Below are positions 1 through 10,123 of a DNA stretch of 64,000 bases, in pieces. The notes under the pieces were generated by a model. It was not told the DNA's origin. It saw only the letters and a list, made by a program, of their open reading frames with translations, and searched no databases. How positions within the stretch are numbered: the stretch's first letter is position 1; each line of letters opens with the position of its first letter. Source of the stretch: an uncultured virus (IMG/VR IMGVR_UViG_3300022902_000012) (taxonomy: Duplodnaviria > Heunggongvirae > Uroviricota > Caudoviricetes); the IMG/VR virus record IMGVR_UViG_3300022902_000012, positions 1 through 64,000 of that record. One strand, 5' to 3'. The position numbers were made by a program, and so were the translations under genes.

Positions 1-10
1 CGCCAGGGGG

Positions 11-2872
11 ATGCAGGGGGGTGGAGGGGGGTTCCGGAACATCGCCGGAGCCTTTGTGGGGATGCTCGTCGGTGGCGCTCTGTTCCGGGGCATGGGTGTA
101 TTCGTCAACAAGAGCAAGGAAATGGAGCTGGCCCTGACCCAGATCCGTGCTCTGACCCGGGCCACCAGCATGGAGATGTCCGGATACGAAAAGCAGATCC
201 TGAGGGTAGCCAGCCTGACTCCCTTCGATCCGAAGGAGATCGCTGAGGCAGCTCTGTCCCTGCGGCGCCTGACTGGCTCATCGTCGGCTGCTCTGGCCAC
301 CTTGAGGGAGACGGCCTCGCTGTCTGTGGCATCGTTCGGGAAGTTGTCGTTGCAGCAGTCCGCGGCCTTCATGGGGCGTATGGTTGCAACAGGTGGCAGC
401 GCCAAGGTGGCCAAGGGGCGGGCCGCCCAGCTCTTTGGCCTTGGTCGTGCCCTCGGTGTCGGGATCGAAGACTTCGCCCCGGTGGCTGGTCAGCTGGGGG
501 CCGCTGCCTTCCGCGGGCAGCAGGACTTCTTGACCACAAGCTCCGTCTTTGCCGTGGCTAGCCAGCTCCAGGGGTCGAACCGTCGGGCCGCCACCCAGAC
601 CTTCCGCCTGATGTCCGAGCTGGGCCGCGGCCGAGCTGAAGAGGGTCTAAGACGTATTGGGGTGTCCACCCGTGCCGGTGGGAAGATCCGAGGCATCGAC
701 CAGATTCTCGGTGACATCATGGACCGCATGATGGGAACCGGGAAGTTCGGGGGCAAGGGGAAGCTCGGGACCCAGGCCGTCATGGATGCTCTGTCGTCGA
801 AGACCCCAGCTGGGGTGCCGATTGGGGAGCGGTCGATCCGGCCGCTGGTCATGGCCATCCAGAGGTTCACCCAGGGCGTGAAAATTCAAGGCAAGGGTGT
901 GCTGTACGGACGGGAGGCTCTAGCAGCTCTGAGGGATGAAGCAAAGCAAGCCAAGAACATCATCGACATGATCGCCGAGCAGAGGCTCCAGACTCTGAGT
1001 GGGCAGATCGAACTGATGGCTGAAGAGATGGGTAAGGCGGCCCGTGTCGTCGGCGACATGTTCACGCCGGCCCTCAAGACAGTCGTGACCGGCTTGAAGG
1101 GAATCGCCGCGGGCTTCCAGTCCTTGGCCAACAACTCCGTGTTCGGTGCCCTGTTTGGAATGCTGACGAAGGTAGGTGTTGTTGGGGGTTCTTTGTTTGC
1201 CTCGGTAGCTCTGCTCAAGGGCGCCAAGGGGTTGCTGACGAACGTGTCTCAATACATCGGGGTGAGCAAAGCTGCGGGTTGGGCGGGGGGACTGCTTGCC
1301 GCGGCTCCTATGGTCAATCCTTACGTCGGGACATACGCGAGGCCTAAGAGTATGCGTTCAGGTCTCGGGGGGCAAATTGGGGGATTTGGGCCAGTAGGTC
1401 GTGGTATCGGCAGCGGTGCTGGCGCTGCCGTCTGGGGTGCAACGATGGGCCTCGGGAAATTCGCTGCTGGACTTGGTATTGCCTACGGCGCGATCCTGGC
1501 CTTCGAGGAGGTCTTGTCCCTGGCCACCAAGGGTTGGAAGGAGTACTGGGCGGACAAACGAGGGGGGGCTGCTGTTGAAGCTGCTCGTCGTGGAGGAGGA
1601 ATGGCCTTCGAGGCGTTCGGCGTCAAGGGGGTGAAAGGGTTGGGACGTAAGGATGCAATGGCATTTGCTGATGCCTACCAGGCCAAGTTCGGCCAGAACT
1701 TTGGCACGGAGATGACGAAGTTTCAGAAGGAGTGGGCCGGCTGGCGTCTCAAGTTCCACAAGGAGATCATGGGGAGTGAAGTTGCCAAGACCACCATGCA
1801 GATTCAGAAGCAGATCAACTTGACTGCACGTCAGGTCACACTGCAAAAGGAACTCAACAACACCTTCCAGTACGGCTTTGAAAAGATGAACAAGGTGTTG
1901 CAGGAGACCAAGGCGCTGGCTGCCTATGAGCCCCCTGTCATCAAGTGGGGAACCTACCGTACAGCCACTCGGATGATGCAGAAGGCTGCTGTCGGAGGTC
2001 GGCTCGGGTCGACTGAGCAACGTATGGCCCAGACGGTTGTTGCTTCGTCTCCTGAGGCTGAGATGCTGATGGAGAAGGCGGCCACCGGGATGGCTACTCC
2101 GCGAGAGCATGCTCGGTTAATGAAGCTGCTGCAGGTCCGGCAGGCCGTCCTCACTCATATGGGGACTATGGGTGTCGGCGGGTTCACCAAAGGCTTCGCC
2201 GGCAAGCACGGTAAGGGGGTGTTGGGTCAGGTTGCTGGCATCGGGACCCCACAGAATTTGCAGTATTCCAATCTCCTCACCCTGGCTGCGGGGGGGAAAT
2301 ATCGAGGCGGCCATGGAAGTTTTGTTCCGGGGTACAACCAGAATGTGGCCGGTCTCCCCGGTGGTCCTCAGGAAAAGAGTGGGGACTTCGGTCTGTTCGG
2401 CTCTGTCCTTGGTATGCCCTTCGGCCGCGGAGGGGGGACTCGGATCGGGGGGGACCTTGGACCTGGCCCAAAAGCTGGACTACATTTTGGGGGGGTTGCT
2501 GCATTAGTCAAACAAGCATCGCCCCACCCTGGTCCTGGTCCGAAAGCAGGCATACATTACGGCGGGATTGCGGCAATGACTGCCCAGGCATCATCAGCCA
2601 TTAATGCTCCCCAGAGTCGAAAGGCCGAGATTGAAAAAGGGGTTGAAGCAGATTACACAGCGATGGTTGAGGCGGGGGTCGGCTTTGTTGCGGGCCAGCA
2701 GGCCAAGAGAATGAATCAGGCACTTGAGGCTGCCTTGGCACATGAAAAGTTAGCCTCAGCCATGGCTGAGGGTATCCGCCGGGCGGGGGTGCTCCCTGTC
2801 CGTAATGAAGGTTCGGGGGATCCGTTGACCAACGATGGCCGACGCCCTGACGGGCCCGGAGGAACTCTCTGA
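11..2872 (+). CDS. Phage tail tape measure protein (TP901-like N-terminal domain); may start upstream of the window
   Basis: 953 aa, Ala/Gly-rich and helical; 'ALTQIRALTRAT..EMSGYEKQILRVASLTPFDPKEIAEA' and 'RLQTLSGQIELM' are typical tape-measure segments; frame is open to the window edge; precedes baseplate genes. Confidence 0.85.
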   Translation: MQGGGGGFRNIAGAFVGMLVGGALFRGMGVFVNKSKEMELALTQIRALTRATSMEMSGYEKQILRVASLTPFDPKEIAEAALSLRRLTGSSSAALATLRETASLSVASFGKLSLQQSAAFMGRMVATGGSAKVAKGRAAQLFGLGRALGVGIEDFAPVAGQLGAAAFRGQQDFLTTSSVFAVASQLQGSNRRAATQTFRLMSELGRGRAEEGLRRIGVSTRAGGKIRGIDQILGDIMDRMMGTGKFGGKGKLGTQAVMDALSSKTPAGVPIGERSIRPLVMAIQRFTQGVKIQGKGVLYGREALAALRDEAKQAKNIIDMIAEQRLQTLSGQIELMAEEMGKAARVVGDMFTPALKTVVTGLKGIAAGFQSLANNSVFGALFGMLTKVGVVGGSLFASVALLKGAKGLLTNVSQYIGVSKAAGWAGGLLAAAPMVNPYVGTYARPKSMRSGLGGQIGGFGPVGRGIGSGAGAAVWGATMGLGKFAAGLGIAYGAILAFEEVLSLATKGWKEYWADKRGGAAVEAARRGGGMAFEAFGVKGVKGLGRKDAMAFADAYQAKFGQNFGTEMTKFQKEWAGWRLKFHKEIMGSEVAKTTMQIQKQINLTARQVTLQKELNNTFQYGFEKMNKVLQETKALAAYEPPVIKWGTYRTATRMMQKAAVGGRLGSTEQRMAQTVVASSPEAEMLMEKAATGMATPREHARLMKLLQVRQAVLTHMGTMGVGGFTKGFAGKHGKGVLGQVAGIGTPQNLQYSNLLTLAAGGKYRGGHGSFVPGYNQNVAGLPGGPQEKSGDFGLFGSVLGMPFGRGGGTRIGGDLGPGPKAGLHFGGVAALVKQASPHPGPGPKAGIHYGGIAAMTAQASSAINAPQSRKAEIEKGVEADYTAMVEAGVGFVAGQQAKRMNQALEAALAHEKLASAMAEGIRRAGVLPVRNEGSGDPLTNDGRRPDGPGGTL
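2459..2599 (+). repeat. Tandem 72-nt (24-aa) degenerate repeat in the tape measure C-terminus
   Basis: GPGPKAGLHFGGVAALVKQAS at 2459 and GPGPKAGIHYGGIAAMTAQAS at 2531. Confidence 0.85.
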
Positions 2873-3534
2873 TGTCGGGTAAAGGGACAGAGCCTACTCG
2901 AGCAAGAGCGCGATTGAGGTTTGCCGACCTAATGGACCCGTCGGACTACATCACTGCCTTATACAATCCAACACAGTTGGATCAGAAGATCCAAGCGCGG
3001 ACAGGCAGCCCCAAGCCGATTGGGGGGGCGGCGGTCCCCCAATATGAGGGGACGGATGGATTCGAAACCTTCTCCATTGTGCTCCAGCATTCTGAGCGCA
3101 GGATGCTCGACAAGATGCGGCACGGAGGGAAAAAGTCGAAGGACCGATGGACAGATCGGGACGAAGCTGAGCTCCCGATGGCCGAACGGTGGCTCATCTC
3201 GAAGCTGCATCCACGGGGGTACGGCCTGGCCCCGTCTCGGCTGATGCTTCTGTGGCCTAATACCTGCACCATGTTGATTTCTGTAGATGCTGTGCAGCGG
3301 TCCATCGTTCGATGGGACGAAGACCTGGTCCCGCGACAGGGTACGTTAATAGTAACTGTCACTGAGCATGTCGAGGGCCTCCGCACAGCGGGGTATGTGA
3401 TGGCCCAGGGCATGTCAGGGATTGGCCTCGGGGGTATCTATAATGCACTCAACAGTCTCGGTGTCGACGGAGGAGTCGGGGCTGTGGGTCTTGGTATAGG
3501 GAGTGGGGGACAGGGAGGGACCAGTGGCCAATAG
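2872..3534 (+). CDS. Contractile-tail tube initiator / CIS_tube-like protein
   Basis: 'ALYNPTQL' N-terminal motif, 'PSRLMLLWP', 'RWDEDLVPRQGTLIVTVTE'; directly after tape measure with stop/start overlap. Confidence 0.65.
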   Translation: MSGKGTEPTRARARLRFADLMDPSDYITALYNPTQLDQKIQARTGSPKPIGGAAVPQYEGTDGFETFSIVLQHSERRMLDKMRHGGKKSKDRWTDRDEAELPMAERWLISKLHPRGYGLAPSRLMLLWPNTCTMLISVDAVQRSIVRWDEDLVPRQGTLIVTVTEHVEGLRTAGYVMAQGMSGIGLGGIYNALNSLGVDGGVGAVGLGIGSGGQGGTSGQ

Positions 3535-3910
3535 TGCATCCAGGAGTGATCTGGCGGCCTATGATGTTGGGGGCCTTGGTCGGCACGGCTATATTTATGA
3601 AGGAACAGATGGTCGTATGGTGTTGTCCGTCCCGGAGAGACTGCCCAACCTGGAGATGGTCGGCGAGGCGTTTCCCGAGGCGTATGAGTGCAAGGGGTGG
3701 GAGCTGCCGATGTCTTTGCCGGGAATGTTCTACCGGGGGATCCTCGGTAGGCCTATCGACGCCTGGGAGATCATTGCTCAGTTCCAGGAGGACCCGATTG
3801 AGGACCCGTTTGAACCGCTGGCCCGGGGGAGGATTATCATGATCCCACCCATCGAGTACTTCTCAATCGCCTATGGGTCATCTTTGTCCGAGCAACCCGA
3901 GTTGGGGTAA
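3524..3910 (+). CDS. LysM-like / tail X baseplate protein
   Basis: C-terminal 'AWEIIAQFQEDPIEDPFEPLARGRIIMIPP' is LysM/gpX-like; GTG at 3524 follows a GGAGG. Confidence 0.6.
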   Translation: MANSASRSDLAAYDVGGLGRHGYIYEGTDGRMVLSVPERLPNLEMVGEAFPEAYECKGWELPMSLPGMFYRGILGRPIDAWEIIAQFQEDPIEDPFEPLARGRIIMIPPIEYFSIAYGSSLSEQPELG

Positions 3911-3913
3911 GAC

Positions 3914-5386
3914 ATGCCGGCCACTGATTTCCAGACCTGGAATCCTGTCTTCAATGTACAGGTGCTGCAGGGCAAGATTGGCCCCCGGGCCTTTCTGGAG
4001 AGAGTGCTGCGTGTCAAGTATGTGGACCGAATCAAAGAGTATGATCAGCTTGAGATGGATGTCCTGAACCACGACGGGCTCTTCTCTGACCATAGGTCAT
4101 TGTCCGCCGGGATGATCATCGCTATCAAGTTGGGGTACATCGACGGCACATTTCCGTGGAAGGTATTTGTTTTAAACCGACAGCGAGGGGGAGTCGGAGT
4201 TCGTGCTCATGGCGAGGGGCGCCATACGGTTGGGCAGAATGAGAGTGTGGCTACTCTGTTCGGCCGGAACAGGAATGCCAAGGGCGGCAAGATGCCGCAA
4301 GGATGGAAGCTGAATCGTCGGAACCCACCTGGTGTCCAGATTGTTCGAACGGATAGCAAGGGTCAAATTCGAAAGTCCCGACGAGCCTTCGCCGCCACGA
4401 GCGACCTAATGGGGATGGAGATGCAACTTGGCGAGTCCGGGACAAAGGGCCCCCGGATCATCGTCGCCAAGTCCTCCTCTGCAGCTGTGCAAGAGATCGC
4501 CCGCCGGGCCGGCTTCAACCCTAGTGGTATCTTGGTCCAGACCACCTCGGACCATCTGGAGCGTATCGAAATTCCCGCTGGTCGGGCCGATGCGGACCAC
4601 CTGCAGATCATGGCGGACCAGTTCGGCTTCCAGTTCAAGATCGACGACGAGGGAGTACTCCACTGGCATTCCCCAACCTGGGAAGGAGACCGGGAGAAGG
4701 GGGAACCTGTTGAAAGTTCAGTCTATGGGGCAGGGCAAGATTTACTCAAGCTCTCCATCGATTCGGACTTCCGGCTCCCTATGCCCAAGAAGGTTAAGCG
4801 CACCGGTGTGGACCCGAAGACCCGCAAGGTGATCGTGCGGGACGCTGAGATGGAACAGGTCACCCGGTCCATTAATATGGGGACTGGCTATGTTCAGGAC
4901 CTTGGGCTTGTGCCTGGAGGGGGGGCCGGGACGTCACTGCCGGCTGCGCATCGGGATGCCATCATGAGGAACTATGTGTATCCGGCGTTGGCCAACTCCC
5001 CTATTCAGGTATCTGACCAGGCCAAGAGGGACTTCATCCATAAACTCTCCCAGGGCTTCATGCTCTCTGCAGAAGATGTTGGCAACCCCCGTTTGCAAGC
5101 AGGTAAGACTCGTCGAATTGGAGGGACTGGCTCCATTTTCTGTGATGGTGTCTGGCTCATCGGGGAGGCCCATCATACGCTCCAGCCGGGTCAACCAGGC
5201 GGGGGGGGTGGGATTGTCTACGGGACCAACACCCGCCTGAAACTTCCCCCCGAGGACAAAAGGAGAAAAGACATAGAGGTTGTCAAGACGGGGGGGCAAA
5301 AGTGGTGGCAGGTGACGCGTAACATCCAGATTGGAACTGGGTACGTTACGGGCCGCAAACGGATGAGAGCTGGGGGAGGAACCTGA
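3914..5386 (+). CDS. Baseplate hub / late control gpD-like protein
   Basis: 'IAIKLGYIDG', 'RADADHLQIMADQFGFQFKIDDEGVLHWH', 'GNPRLQAGK..IGGTGSIFCDGVWLIGEAHH'; synteny. Confidence 0.75.
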   Translation: MPATDFQTWNPVFNVQVLQGKIGPRAFLERVLRVKYVDRIKEYDQLEMDVLNHDGLFSDHRSLSAGMIIAIKLGYIDGTFPWKVFVLNRQRGGVGVRAHGEGRHTVGQNESVATLFGRNRNAKGGKMPQGWKLNRRNPPGVQIVRTDSKGQIRKSRRAFAATSDLMGMEMQLGESGTKGPRIIVAKSSSAAVQEIARRAGFNPSGILVQTTSDHLERIEIPAGRADADHLQIMADQFGFQFKIDDEGVLHWHSPTWEGDREKGEPVESSVYGAGQDLLKLSIDSDFRLPMPKKVKRTGVDPKTRKVIVRDAEMEQVTRSINMGTGYVQDLGLVPGGGAGTSLPAAHRDAIMRNYVYPALANSPIQVSDQAKRDFIHKLSQGFMLSAEDVGNPRLQAGKTRRIGGTGSIFCDGVWLIGEAHHTLQPGQPGGGGGIVYGTNTRLKLPPEDKRRKDIEVVKTGGQKWWQVTRNIQIGTGYVTGRKRMRAGGGT

Positions 5387-5390
5387 GACG

Positions 5391-6038
5391 ATGGGCGAAC
5401 GCATCAGTGGCTTTATACCTGGAATTGTAACCGATCGGGCTGATCCTGATGGACTGCACAGGGTACGGGCTCGCCTTCCTGGATACTATGAAGAAGCCAC
5501 TCCATTCTGGATCTGGCCGGGCAATGTGCCAGGGTCAAGCATCAGCGAGGACGGCAAAGTTCAGGGGTCGTGTTATCCACCCCCCAGGGTTGGGTCGATG
5601 ATTGATGTGACCTTTGCCTGGGGGGAATGGGATCGTCCTGATGCCTACGCCAAGTACTTTCCCTCCCACTTCACTCTTGGCGAGGACGGGTCAGTGCAGG
5701 GGCCACCTTCCGTGTTCAACCCTGACGTAGATGTTGCGAAGCGGCGAGAGCGGGTGTGTATCTGGGAGGATGATAAGTTTGTATTCTCTGTTCAAGAGGA
5801 AGGTGTTGAGGGAGTGGATGGAGAACACACCATGACCATGGCATCAAAGAGTGGCCTGACCAAAGTCCAGATTGTGAGGGGTGGTGGTCAGACAGGGACC
5901 GGAGAGATCCTGAGGATTGAGGGTCGAGCTGGGATCAAGATCTTCGCCATGGGGTCCATCAACATCGATGCGAAGTTGGGGGTTGAAATTCAGGGACGCA
6001 AGGTCACCAAGGGTGGCCTGAACAATGGAACTATCTGA
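5391..6038 (+). CDS. Baseplate spike (gpV / Gp5 N-terminal OB-fold)
   Basis: 'GIVTDRADPDGLHRVRARLP', 'PPRVGSMIDVTF'; follows hub gene. Confidence 0.8.
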   Translation: MGERISGFIPGIVTDRADPDGLHRVRARLPGYYEEATPFWIWPGNVPGSSISEDGKVQGSCYPPPRVGSMIDVTFAWGEWDRPDAYAKYFPSHFTLGEDGSVQGPPSVFNPDVDVAKRRERVCIWEDDKFVFSVQEEGVEGVDGEHTMTMASKSGLTKVQIVRGGGQTGTGEILRIEGRAGIKIFAMGSINIDAKLGVEIQGRKVTKGGLNNGTI

Positions 6039-7054
6039 TGGCTGATGATCCCTCCCTGGAAGCACTCGACGTAATCTGCCGGCCGCTTCCTGTCCCGGAG
6101 ACCCTACCAGAGTTGGAGCTTCCGAACTTTGGTGCCCTGCGTAAGGCCTGGGGGTCTTTAGCTCAGGTGCCCGACACAGGGGACCTACTGTGTGAGTTCC
6201 AGGACATGATCGCCCCGGCCATGGCATCGATTCGTCGATGGATGGTTCTGCAGAAGCTCGCCCAGCAGATTTCCAAGTGCTTCCAAGTAATCCCCGATTC
6301 GATCATGACTCTGTCGCCAGATCCTATCTTCGACTGCATCGAGAACCTGACCAAGTATGTGCTTGAGATTGTCAAGTCTCTTCCCCCCCTGGCTTACGTT
6401 CAATACGGAATGACGATTGCTCGGTACTGCATCCTGTTCATTGACGAGATCTTTCTCCTGTTACAGGCCATGAATCAGATCATTGCAGACTACCAGTCGA
6501 TCGCCTCGGATGCTCTACTCCTTATGGACAAGGAACTTCAGGGTCAGATTCCGTGTGCGGCAACCGACATGCTTGCACCTGTCGCAACAATCTCTGACCA
6601 GATGCTTTTTATTGGACCCGCCATGTCCGTCCTTCTAGAGCCCTTCCTTCTGCTACCTGGAGGCCAACTCCTCAAGCCCATGATCGATCAGTTCAAGGAC
6701 ATGGAAGACTTCATGAAGGACATCAAGGATCAGATTCAGCAGGGGGGTGCGCCAACTCCGTTCCCCCCGCCCCCATCCTTCATAAGTATCATCGCTGGTG
6801 GTCCAACCGGGGAATCCCCGCCCTTCCTCCCAATCCCCCCGTTAGGACCTATGGTGTCGGTCATCGGATTTAATCGGTATCTCTTGGTCGAGATCTACAA
6901 CTTCCTAAAACCCCTGGCCTCTGGAGTAATTGTCAAGCCCATTTTCATTGATGGAGTCCCGCGGCCCATGCTTATCGATGTCCAGTCTGGTGCTGTGATC
7001 GGCCCTCCGTTCATGGACATCCTGGATAACCTCCCCACCTTCGAGTATTTCTAG
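6038..7054 (+). CDS. Hypothetical helical, Pro-rich virion-module protein
   Basis: 338-aa ORF translationally coupled between spike and gp25. Confidence 0.6.
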   Translation: MADDPSLEALDVICRPLPVPETLPELELPNFGALRKAWGSLAQVPDTGDLLCEFQDMIAPAMASIRRWMVLQKLAQQISKCFQVIPDSIMTLSPDPIFDCIENLTKYVLEIVKSLPPLAYVQYGMTIARYCILFIDEIFLLLQAMNQIIADYQSIASDALLLMDKELQGQIPCAATDMLAPVATISDQMLFIGPAMSVLLEPFLLLPGGQLLKPMIDQFKDMEDFMKDIKDQIQQGGAPTPFPPPPSFISIIAGGPTGESPPFLPIPPLGPMVSVIGFNRYLLVEIYNFLKPLASGVIVKPIFIDGVPRPMLIDVQSGAVIGPPFMDILDNLPTFEYF

Positions 7055-7082
7055 GGGATAAATGAGGTAGAATAGGGAGATC

Positions 7083-7562
7083 ATGAACGGAGCTGGCCAA
7101 AATCCATCACAGAATATTGCAAGGATGCCTCCAGGGTTGCGCGCCCAGGCATTGTCGTGGCCACTGACCTTCGTTGGGCCTCAGATGCTCACGACGCAGG
7201 GAGTGGGACGTGTACGGCAAGCCCTCGAGCATCTTGTCAGGACACCAATGGGGGCCTACTGGATTGACCTGGAGTATGGGACCATCTTTGATGCGGTCCG
7301 GACGCAGCACATGACCCAGTCCTCTTCTGATGGGGGAGTCTTGTCTGGGGGGCTGGTAGATAGCGCTGTGGCCCACTTCCAGCGCCAGGTGAGCATCTAC
7401 TGTCCAGGTATTGTGCTACACTCAGTCCATATGTTCAGGCAGTCGGGTGCTCGACTGCGAGTGGATATTGTCTGGACGGTCAAGTCCCTCCGAGGTCAGG
7501 GAGCTCTCGGGGCACTGCCTGATGGCGGAGGGCTGGGTAGCTCCTTGTCAGTGGTGCTCTAA
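7083..7562 (+). CDS. Baseplate wedge gp25/GPW-like protein
   Basis: 'RVRQALEHLVRTPMGAYWIDLEYGT' matches the gp25 pattern. Confidence 0.8.
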   Translation: MNGAGQNPSQNIARMPPGLRAQALSWPLTFVGPQMLTTQGVGRVRQALEHLVRTPMGAYWIDLEYGTIFDAVRTQHMTQSSSDGGVLSGGLVDSAVAHFQRQVSIYCPGIVLHSVHMFRQSGARLRVDIVWTVKSLRGQGALGALPDGGGLGSSLSVVL

Positions 7563-9155
7563 ATGTACAGACCTCTCGTCCCGGAAGATGACCTGATTCT
7601 GGTCCAGCAGGATCGTGAGTCCATTCGTGCTCGCCAGGCTTGGATGGCAGCTCGGGCACATGACGGTTGGGTTGACCAGTCGTTGGCCAGTGCGGAAAAC
7701 GTCCTGTTAGAAGGCCAGGCCCTTGTCGGGGGGGCGGCTTTCTCCCTGATCAATGAGCGTGCACGCCAGCTTACCTTCGCCCAGGTCACCGATCGGTTAA
7801 TGTGCATCCGGAAGATCCGACCGAGTGGGTTGTCTATGTCCGGAGCAAAGGCTGCCATCGTTCCGGGCTACTTCTCGACGGCCGGCGCCGCTGCAGCCCC
7901 GAAGCGCATTTTTCTCCCCGGGGCAGGGGAGGTGCAGCCGATTCGTCTGCAGTCCGGACAGGGGATTTGGCAACTGGCTTCCACAGGGGTTTCCGAGATC
8001 ACTGGTGGCTCCATCCAGTCCCCCTCTCTGACACTGGAGCAATCAGACTCACACGAAGCCATCGAACAGGCATCAGGATTTCCGGGGCAGATTATTGTCC
8101 TCGGGCACTGGCCTGTGATTCCAGCCTCCATTGTCGTGTCCGATCCAAACGGGCCCTTTGACCGGGTCCGCCCTGACACTGGTCTCCCTTGGATCAGTCC
8201 TTTGGAGATGGGGAATAGCGACCGGGGATACATCATCCTCATCGACAACTACGGCAAGGCGTACCTGCAATTCGGGGATGGTATTCATGGTGTAATGGGC
8301 GAAGGGGACATCGAGATTCTGTACAAGACTGGAGGTGGGAAAGACAACGCCGTGGTCGCCGGTGCCCGATGGACCATCTTGGATGCCGTGTACAACGAGG
8401 ACGGTGATAAGGTCACTGTTCAGTTCACCAATTCGGCACCATCCTCCGGGGGTCTCGACCAGATGTCTGTTGAGGAGGCCCGGGTACGGATGCCTGCCCA
8501 GATTCGTGCTTGGGAGCGGACTGTTAACGAAGTTGACGCCGAGGCTATGGCGGAGACGGTCGGGGGGGTAGGTCAATCGGCCCTGATTACCTCAAACCAT
8601 GTCGCAGGTGTCCCCGAGGATGTAGGACGTTTATACATCGTGGCCCTCGGATCACAATACTCTGATTCGCTGTATTACCCCCCTGCTGCTCCTACAGATT
8701 CCCAACGAGATGCCATCGGGGCCATCTTTGCACCTGGGGGGGCGGCGCCGGGTTTGATGGGGACCCGAATAGATGTCTTTGATGCTGTCTTCAAGACAGT
8801 CAACATCGTAGTTCAGGTCTATAAGGCTGCAGGGGTTTCCCAGACCGCGGCGAGGAGTGCCATCGTTCGTGCATTGCAGATGCACTTCGCCATTGCCGAT
8901 AGCGAGCGTGCCCCCCTGTACACCGTAGACTTCGGATTCCGCTTGACAGATTCCGGTGGGACCATCACCTCCCAGATGGCCTGGTCTGGCATCTTCGAGG
9001 TGATCGCCGGGACATCTGCTGTAGCGAGCATTCCCCCCGACGACGAGAACCTGGTCTTGAATGGAACCCGCGGCTCGGTTGTTTTGGGTTATGAGGAGTT
9101 CCCAGTGCTCGGAACGGTCACCATCTGGGACATGGATGAGGGTGTGGAGATCTAA
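7563..9155 (+). CDS. Baseplate J-like assembly protein
   Basis: 'LQFGDGIHG', 'YKTGGGKDN', 'SSGGLDQMSVEEARVRMPAQIRAWERTVNEVDAE'. Confidence 0.85.
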   Translation: MYRPLVPEDDLILVQQDRESIRARQAWMAARAHDGWVDQSLASAENVLLEGQALVGGAAFSLINERARQLTFAQVTDRLMCIRKIRPSGLSMSGAKAAIVPGYFSTAGAAAAPKRIFLPGAGEVQPIRLQSGQGIWQLASTGVSEITGGSIQSPSLTLEQSDSHEAIEQASGFPGQIIVLGHWPVIPASIVVSDPNGPFDRVRPDTGLPWISPLEMGNSDRGYIILIDNYGKAYLQFGDGIHGVMGEGDIEILYKTGGGKDNAVVAGARWTILDAVYNEDGDKVTVQFTNSAPSSGGLDQMSVEEARVRMPAQIRAWERTVNEVDAEAMAETVGGVGQSALITSNHVAGVPEDVGRLYIVALGSQYSDSLYYPPAAPTDSQRDAIGAIFAPGGAAPGLMGTRIDVFDAVFKTVNIVVQVYKAAGVSQTAARSAIVRALQMHFAIADSERAPLYTVDFGFRLTDSGGTITSQMAWSGIFEVIAGTSAVASIPPDDENLVLNGTRGSVVLGYEEFPVLGTVTIWDMDEGVEI

Positions 9156-9160
9156 TCGGG

Positions 9161-10081
9161 ATGACCGCAGACGTCAAAAATCCCTCTTTCGAGATCGCCG
9201 GCCCAGGCTGGGGGCAAGCCCAAGATTGGATCGAAGAGCAGACCGGTGTGGCCGAGGATGTAGCTACTTTCGTGGATGGGGGGCGGCGAGTTCCGTTTGA
9301 GAGATATTGTGCTGGGTGGGGGTCAAACCAACTAGCTCAGGTAGCTTTTGGGGTTGGGGACCTGGTGGTTGCTATGTTTGAGAACAACAGCGAGCCCCAG
9401 GAGACCTACTGCACCTCCTGGGTCGAGCCACAGACACTGGTTGATCCCCTCAATCCCAGGTATAACCATGATGCCCAGTCCCAGTTTGGTGTATCCGATC
9501 TGGTTGAGGCTATGTTCAATGCCCTAACAGATGACTATGAGGGATACCAGGAAGGGTGGGAGGACAACGAGGACTCCAGCTACATGTTCCCTGGTGGAGT
9601 CCTGTGGTCCAAGTTCACCGAAGCATTGTCGCTGAGCATCCTGATGGGGGAGACGGTAGTTGTAGAAATCGATGGGGGCGCACCTGCTGTCTTGGTTTTC
9701 ACCAGGGACTTGAATGGAGCTGTAGACATTGCTCTGGACCTGACTACCCTTCTCGGCGCCGCCGGGTTTGGGGTGGCGCCAGATGATGACCATCTCGGTC
9801 TGCAATCAGCTACAGATGAGACCGGAACGGTAAAAGTGACCGGAGGGACCGCCCGGCTCGGATTCCCCTTGGATGCGGATATTGGAGTATCCACGCCGGC
9901 CACCTTCACCTTCGGGATCCCCAGGGATTGGGAGCACTACAGTACCGATTGGGAAAACAACGAGGACGCCGAAGATGGTTTCCCACCCCTCGGCGCCGGG
10001 GTGCTATCGGCGGCAATGTTTGATGGGGCTGCAAAGAGCTACGAGAATTACGGGGGGGCGTGGACTGAGACCTTGCCATAA
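9161..10081 (+). CDS. Acidic structural protein with internal repeats
   Basis: 'NPSFEIAG' start; several copies of an 'AMF.....E.Y...W' motif; inside baseplate operon. Confidence 0.6.
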   Translation: MTADVKNPSFEIAGPGWGQAQDWIEEQTGVAEDVATFVDGGRRVPFERYCAGWGSNQLAQVAFGVGDLVVAMFENNSEPQETYCTSWVEPQTLVDPLNPRYNHDAQSQFGVSDLVEAMFNALTDDYEGYQEGWEDNEDSSYMFPGGVLWSKFTEALSLSILMGETVVVEIDGGAPAVLVFTRDLNGAVDIALDLTTLLGAAGFGVAPDDDHLGLQSATDETGTVKVTGGTARLGFPLDADIGVSTPATFTFGIPRDWEHYSTDWENNEDAEDGFPPLGAGVLSAAMFDGAAKSYENYGGAWTETLP

Positions 10082-10123
10082 GGTAGGGGCTGGCCTGTAG
10101 AAGACGGGCCCTGGAGGTGTATC

